A DNA stretch of 64,000 nucleotides from an uncultured delta proteobacterium (GTDB lineage Bacteria > Desulfobacterota > Syntrophia > Syntrophales > UBA2192), in assembly GCA_963810965.1 (NCBI GenBank), contig CAWEPT010000005.1:12244-76243 (forward strand). The letters run 5' to 3'. Shown piece after piece: positions 59,040-64,000 of the stretch; the stretch's first letter is position 1, and the number at the start of each line of letters is the position of its first letter. Position numbers and translations under genes: made by a program. The notes under the pieces are model-generated. The model was not told where the DNA came from and ran no database searches. It saw nothing but the letters and a program-made list of their open reading frames with translations.

Positions 59040-60269
59040 GGGGATGGCGGCGTCCCAGGAATTCTGGTAATAACTTCCGCACCCTGGCATTGTGTCCTTT
59101 CAGGTAAACCAATCCACGATCATCGATGAATTCGTATAAATTCACGGTCGATGACATGCCGATAGAGTTTGCTGCTTGGAATGCCCACGAAAACGTTCTG
59201 CCAGGTCATGGTGGGCTTGATTTCCGAAAGGAGGGCGTCCGTTGCGGCGAGGTCTTCTTCGGTCTCCTGAGGGAGGCCGACCACGATACTGGCGGCGGTC
59301 TTGAAGCCGATTTCGTTGCAGAGCCTGAAGCTTGTTCTGATCTGGTCGACGGTGATCCCTTTGTGGAGTTCATCCAGGATTCTCTGAGAGCCGCTTTCAA
59401 CGCCGAAGTAAAATCCTCGAGCACCTGCCTTGTGCATCAGCTCGAGGAGTTCCCTGTCGAGGCTGTCGACACGGGACTCGCAGGCCCAACGGATATCGAT
59501 GTGTCTCTCCATCAGAAGCTTGCAGAATTCGACCACCCGCTTCCGATCAAGCGTGAAGTTGTCCTCGCGGAAGTAGATGCCTTTTGCCCCGTAGCGTTCG
59601 ACGAGATGCTCAATGTCGGAGACGATTCGCGCGGCACTGAAGCTCGTGTATTGTTTCCCCAGACTGCGCCGACGGAGCAAAACGCACAGCGGAAGGGACA
59701 GCCTCGGCTTGTCGTCATCGTGAACGTGGGCTTTTCGGGAAACCACAGCGCCTCCCAGTTATACGGGAGTTTCGTAAAGAGGTCCCAGGCCGGCATGGGG
59801 AGAGCGTCGAGGTCACGGATACGGGGGTATCGAACGACACGATCCTTGACCTTCCCTTCCACGATGTCGACGATCGCCTGTTCGCCCTCGCCTTGGACGA
59901 CGTGGTCGACGAAAGCCGGAATGGTGTCGAGGGCAACCGTGGTGTGCGGTCCCCCCACAATAATTTTCCCGTGCCATTGACCGCAACGCCTCAGATGTTC
60001 GATCTTATAGAGCATCCGTTGAGTGTCGCGAAAACAGATCGTGCTGACATAGATGCCGACATAATCGATACCGTTTGCCTGCAGATAACCCGATTCGAGA
60101 AAATTGCTGGGCCCCAGATAATTGTCGATGAAAAACACGTCATGCCCTGCTTTCTGAGCATCGAAAGAAGGAAACCGACGCCGAGCGGAGGTTTCTTTTC
60201 CCAGGTCGAAAAGGGGGTTTGCGAAGGAGCCGCAGACGTAACGAGGAGCACTCTTTTGCTGACTTTCAT
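59040..60269 (-). pseudogene. B12-binding radical SAM enzyme, at least 3 frame breaks (3' end uncertain)
   Basis: ATG 60269 (MKVSKRVLLVTSA...). B12-binding-like N-domain. TSRGCPFRCAFCSV cluster motif. Continues as ..QYTSFSAARIVSDIEHLVERYGAKGIYFREDNF in another frame (missing base in a G-run at ~59665). Confidence 0.75.
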
Positions 60270-60608
60270 TGGGCTATTATCCTTGGCTTTACAATGTGTT
60301 AGAAGAGTCACACCCATGCCCGCCATGAAGGTCCCGCATTCCGGCACTGCGACTTCGCTGAAGCGATTTCAGAAACGCAGAACATCCGCCGACTAGGGTA
60401 AACGTCCGATATTTTGCACGTTATGTGCCAGCGGGGGCGCTGCGAGTGAGCCTGCCCGTAGGGCTGCTCCCTGCAGTCTGCCATGGCGAAGGAACTGGCG
60501 GATCAGACGCTGCCTGCATATGCGAGGGCGTGAGGGTGTAAGGATATCCGCCGTGCATCCGCAAAGACGGATGGGCAGCAGAGCATCAGGTTGCAGATCG
60601 ATCGTTTG

Positions 60609-61334
60609 TCAGCTTGCCTGGAGGTGATTCAGGAGGGTCTGGGCCTCGGTGAAGGCGGGGTTGATCTTCAGGGCCTTTTGGATGGATTCGACGGCCGGTT
60701 TCTTTTCTTTTTTCGCAGCATAGGCCCGGGCGAGGTTGTAGAGGATGCCTTCGTCGTCGGGGGCGACGGAGAGGGCCTTTTTGAGCTCCGTGACGGCCTT
60801 GTCGAAGTTCCCGTCCTTGCGGGCCTGGATGCCCAGGGCGTTGTAGGTCTGGAGGATGAAGCCCAGGAGGTCCTCGTTCGTGCCGATGAGGGCCCGGGCC
60901 TTTTCGTGCTCCCCCTTGTCGATGAGCCGCATGATCATGAGGGCCCGGTTTTCCTGGGTTTCTTCCCCGCCGGCGAGGTTCCGGGCGATCTCCTCCTCGG
61001 AGACGCTGACGAGCTGCCGGACGAAAGAGAGCGTCGTCTCGTTTTCGTTCTCCTGGAACGTGACGGGGCCGAAGGTGTTCTTGAAGGCGGTGCTCGCCAT
61101 GAGCTGCCGCTGAAAATCGTTGATGCCTTCCTGAAGGTCTTTCTCGTCCTGGGGAAGCATGCGGGTGACGACCATCCTCTCCATGGCGTCCTTGAAGCCG
61201 GTGAGGCAGGAGTAGACGTTTCCCTGGGCGAGAAACTTCCGGCAGTTTGCCAGGGTTCTCGAAATCTCGGATGCCCGTTCTCTGACGATGGCTTCGTCCA
61301 TGCCGATTGAGGGTGCTGTGTGAAGGGTTTCCAT
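60609..61334 (-). CDS. TPR-repeat protein
   Basis: C-terminal TPRs (YNALGIQARKDGNFDKAVTELKKALSVAPDDEGILYNLARAYAAKKEKKPAVESIQKALKINP). Confidence 0.7.
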   Translation of the reverse strand: METLHTAPSIGMDEAIVRERASEISRTLANCRKFLAQGNVYSCLTGFKDAMERMVVTRMLPQDEKDLQEGINDFQRQLMASTAFKNTFGPVTFQENENETTLSFVRQLVSVSEEEIARNLAGGEETQENRALMIMRLIDKGEHEKARALIGTNEDLLGFILQTYNALGIQARKDGNFDKAVTELKKALSVAPDDEGILYNLARAYAAKKEKKPAVESIQKALKINPAFTEAQTLLNHLQAS

Positions 61335-61393
61335 GAGCTTGACCGGTGAACCGCTGCCCGGCCGGTTTCAGGACCGGATGGGGCGCCTCCCTG

Positions 61394-61409
61394 TGGCACA
61401 GAATGTGCT
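61394..61409 (+). promoter_or_regulatory. sigma54 promoter candidate of the GGDEF gene
   Basis: TGGCAC-agaat-GTGCT with GG-N10-GC spacing, 59 nt upstream of ATG 61468. Confidence 0.6.
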
Positions 61410-61467
61410 AATCTCTTATCGGTAATCATGAAGGACAACTTGAGCCGGGGAAGGGCACGAAACAATC

Positions 61468-62181
61468 ATGGATGACGGGGAAGGCGGCAGGGCAGAACTG
61501 AACTTCGACGAAAAGAGCTTCCTCTTCGAGTGGCTCGTCGAGAACAACAAGACACTTACCCGGAAGAACAAGGAGCTCCTGGTCGAGAGCCTGAGGCTTC
61601 GCTCCCGGGTGGAGGAGCTGGAAAAGATCAACTTCGTCGACCCGACGACGGGTCTTCACAACCGCTGGTACCTGCAGCCCCGCCTCGAGGAGGAATTCTC
61701 GCGGGCGAGGCGGGCGGGCTCGTCCCTTTCGTGCCTTTTCATCGATATCGACCACTTCAAGGCCGTCAATGACCAATACGGTCACTTCATCGGTGACAGG
61801 GTTCTCCGGGACACGGCCACCCTGCTGAGGGGTCTTTGCCGCAGGGAGGATGTGCTGGTCCGATTCGGCGCCGACGAGTTTGTCATTCTGCTGGGCAACG
61901 CAGGGCAGAGAGCGGCAAAGACGGCGGCCGAGCGCATCCGGGGCCGCCTCGAGGCTCACTCATTCCACTGCGGGGAGCAGGAGAAAACCCTCTCGGCCAG
62001 CATCGGGGTGAGCACCCTTAAAAAGGAACACGTGGCCTCATCGACAGACCCCTGGGAGCTTGTCTGGACGGCTGACGGGGCCATGCATCTGGCCAAACAG
62101 AAAGGGCCCGGCCAGATTCACCGGCTCGACTGCAACGGCCAGGGGTACAAGCCGGCCGAATCGGAGCATGCAGCCTCGTGA
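61468..62181 (+). CDS. GGDEF-domain protein (GADEF variant, I-site present)
   Basis: Coiled-coil N-terminus. TGLHNRWYL...FIDIDHFKAVNDQYGHFIGD...RREDVLVRFGADEFVILL. Confidence 0.85.
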   Translation: MDDGEGGRAELNFDEKSFLFEWLVENNKTLTRKNKELLVESLRLRSRVEELEKINFVDPTTGLHNRWYLQPRLEEEFSRARRAGSSLSCLFIDIDHFKAVNDQYGHFIGDRVLRDTATLLRGLCRREDVLVRFGADEFVILLGNAGQRAAKTAAERIRGRLEAHSFHCGEQEKTLSASIGVSTLKKEHVASSTDPWELVWTADGAMHLAKQKGPGQIHRLDCNGQGYKPAESEHAAS

Positions 62182-62212
62182 AGAAGCGTGTAGGGTGTAG
62201 CGTGTAGGTTTA
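62181..62212 (+). repeat. short tandem array GTGTAGG x3-4
   Basis: gaagaagc gtgtaggg tgtagc gtgtaggt, starting at the stop codon. Confidence 0.6.
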
Positions 62213-62310
62213 CAACCTTATTGTTATTCTTCATTTATTTTATTCTCCTCTGCATCCCGCAACCATAGCTCCTGTTTTAACAATCCTGTTGCCAGTTCCA
62301 TCTTGTCCTT

Positions 62311-62358
62311 CCTCGAACCTCGATCTTCGGTCCTCGGTCCTCGTTTCTTCGTTCCCTG
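62311..62358 (+). repeat. tandem heptamer array CCTCGNN x6-7 abutting a sigma28 promoter
   Basis: cctcgaa cctcgat cttcggt cctcggt cctcgtt tcttcgt tccctgt. Reverse complement of the CGAGG family at 28484. Confidence 0.8.
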
Positions 62359-62360
62359 TC

Positions 62361-62387
62361 TAAAGTTTTTCCATCTCCGGTCGATAA
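62361..62387 (+). promoter_or_regulatory. sigma28 (FliA) promoter
   Basis: TAAAGTTT-N11-GTCGATAA, the best sigma28 match in the window. Confidence 0.75.
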
Positions 62388-62462
62388 AACAAGTGCAGGT
62401 GTTGCACAGGATTTATATGTTGCTATAGTATTGCGAACCAAACCCGAATCGAGAGGTGTTCC

Positions 62463-63116
62463 ATGGCGAAAATGTTTTTTTCCACGTCCGAGGTGGCCGA
62501 TCTCTTCAACGTCAACCGGGTCACCATCTACCGCTGGGTGAAAGAGGGGACGGTAAAGGGATACAAGGTCGGTAAGCATCTCAAGATCCCGCTGGTGGAG
62601 GTCGAGCGGCTCAAGCGGGAGTTCGGCTTCGGCGATATGTCCCTCGAAAAACTGCAGGGGGCAGACTTCGGGGCGACGGAGGCCGGCAAGACGGCATCCA
62701 GGGGGCCGTCCCAAAAGAAACTCGTCATGGCCATCGACGACGACGAGAACATCCTCACCTTCATCGAGAACGCCTTCGAGGGACTGGGGCTCAACAGGCA
62801 CTGCACCCTGAAAACCTACGCGAACGGGCTCGAGGCGGTCCTGCACATCGGCGAGGAGAAGCCGGATCTGATCCTGCTCGACATCGTGATGCCCAACCTC
62901 AATGGTCTCGAACTTGCAGAAAAGATCCGCAAAATGCACCGCGACATCCAGATCATCATCCTGACGGGGTACCCGGAGTATCTCACCGAGGACGAGCGGG
63001 GCAAGTTCCTCGACTACATGACGAAGCCCGTCGATGTGAAGAAGCTCTATGACACGATCGTAAAGGCCCTCGACATCCCTGCCGAGAGGATCAACGGAAT
63101 CCAGGCGCGCTCTTAG
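62463..63116 (+). CDS. response regulator with N-terminal excisionase-type HTH
   Basis: FSTSEVADLFNVNRVTIYRWVKEGTVKGYKVGKHLKI, then a receiver (LVMAIDDDENIL...DLILLDIVMPNLNG...KPVD). Confidence 0.8.
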   Translation: MAKMFFSTSEVADLFNVNRVTIYRWVKEGTVKGYKVGKHLKIPLVEVERLKREFGFGDMSLEKLQGADFGATEAGKTASRGPSQKKLVMAIDDDENILTFIENAFEGLGLNRHCTLKTYANGLEAVLHIGEEKPDLILLDIVMPNLNGLELAEKIRKMHRDIQIIILTGYPEYLTEDERGKFLDYMTKPVDVKKLYDTIVKALDIPAERINGIQARS

Positions 63117-63232
63117 ATTCAGCGATTCAGCAGGCCGGGCGCGGGTCCCGGCCTTTCGATTCAAACGGGTTTGGTTCGAGCGGAGTCTCGATCGGGATAC
63201 AGCTTCAAGGGATACAAGGAGGCAATCAGGCG

Positions 63233-63748
63233 ATGCAGACGGAACTGATGGAAAAACAGGAAAGCACCCTTGCCGGGATCCCGGGAAGGGAGGGAAAATA
63301 TCTGACGTTCTCGCTTGCCGGCGAGGAATACGGGATCGGGATTCTGAAGGTCAAGGAGATCATCGGGATGATGGCCGTGACCCACGTCCCCCAGACCCCC
63401 GGTTTCGTCAAGGGCGTCATCAACCTTCGCGGCAAGGTGATCCCCGTCGTGGACCTGCGGCTTCGGTTTGCCCTGGAGGCCGCGGCCTACACGGAGCGCA
63501 CCTGCATCATCGTCGTGGAGGTGGCGGGGGCGAACGGCTCCGTCATGATGGGGATCGTCGTCGATGCCGTCTCGGAGGTGCTCAACATCCGGGGGGCCGA
63601 CATCGAGAACACGCCCACCTTCGGGGTCAAGCTCAACACGGATTTCATCCTGGGAATGGCCAAGGCGGCAGGCGGGATCAAGATCCTGCTCGATATCGAC
63701 AAGGTGCTCAACAGCGAGGACCTCGTCGCGATCCGCCACATGGCCTGA
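63233..63748 (+). CDS. cheW: chemotaxis coupling protein CheW
   Basis: YLTFSLAGEEYGIGILKVKEIIGMMAVTHVPQTPGFVKGVINLRGKVIPVVDLRLRF. Confidence 0.93.
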   Translation: MQTELMEKQESTLAGIPGREGKYLTFSLAGEEYGIGILKVKEIIGMMAVTHVPQTPGFVKGVINLRGKVIPVVDLRLRFALEAAAYTERTCIIVVEVAGANGSVMMGIVVDAVSEVLNIRGADIENTPTFGVKLNTDFILGMAKAAGGIKILLDIDKVLNSEDLVAIRHMA

Positions 63749-63777
63749 GGATCAATACTGTTGCGAGAGGTGTAAGT

Positions 63778-64000
63778 ATGAAGAAAGTGTCTCTGTCAAC
63801 GAGAATCGTCTGGTTGTCATCGCCGTCTTTACGGTCGGCGCGTGTCTGTTCGCGAGCACCTATTACTTTGTGAACAGGGTTTCAGGATCAGACGCAGCAG
63901 GAAATCGCGAGGCAGGCCGACGCCGTGCAGCTCCACGTCGACGACGTAACAGCGAGAAGGTCGCCGCGGCGAAGCTGACGGCATCCCGGAAGGTCCTTGC
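63778..64000 (+). pseudogene. probable methyl-accepting chemotaxis protein, 5' fragment with frame breaks (continues beyond window)
   Basis: ATG 63778 after GAGAGG. MKKVSL.. is followed by a TM-like VVIAVFTVGACLFASTYYFV in a shifted frame, and further shifts occur downstream. Identity is inferred mainly from its position after cheW. Confidence 0.3.

Overview
GC-rich window that is almost entirely one large flagellar and chemotaxis regulon of a sigma54-using bacterium. The gene order resembles Geobacter/Syntrophus-type Deltaproteobacteria, but that is inference only. The left edge holds the 3' end of polA, a lipoprotein gene and a REC-GAF-HD-GYP regulator. Next come two NtrC-type sigma54 activators and a PAS histidine kinase. 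The + strand then carries flgBC-fliEFGHIJ and a YlxF/MotE-like gene, then an antisense TPR gene. It continues with fliK-flgDE and fliLMNOPQR-flhBA-flhF-flhG-fliA. A poorly characterised post-fliA module follows (FliL paralogue, small secreted protein, orphan kinase-like protein, coiled-coil protein, DUF2802-like, FliK-like, FlhB-C-terminal-like). After it come flgFGAHI, a rod-binding flgJ-like gene, flgM, flgN, flgKL, a short flagellin, a divergent flagellin paralogue and flbT-flaF. Convergent on the - strand is a ~9 kb locus with a B12-radical-SAM gene and multiple glycosyltransferase/TPR domains. Beyond it lie a TPR gene, a sigma54-promoted GGDEF gene and a sigma28-promoted HTH-REC/cheW/MCP operon. 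Sigma54 (-24/-12) and sigma28 promoter matches can be read directly from the sequence. Two things are not explained by ordinary annotation. (1) About 30 short tandem arrays of 7-9 nt units fill most intergenic spacers between 1.4 and 43 kb and again at 62 kb, with a strand rule relative to stop codons and promoters. (2) Many single-base frame breaks interrupt otherwise well conserved genes, concentrated in flgD/flgE, the flagellin paralogue and the glycosyltransferase locus. No rRNA, tRNA, CRISPR, transposase, phage or defence genes were recognised.
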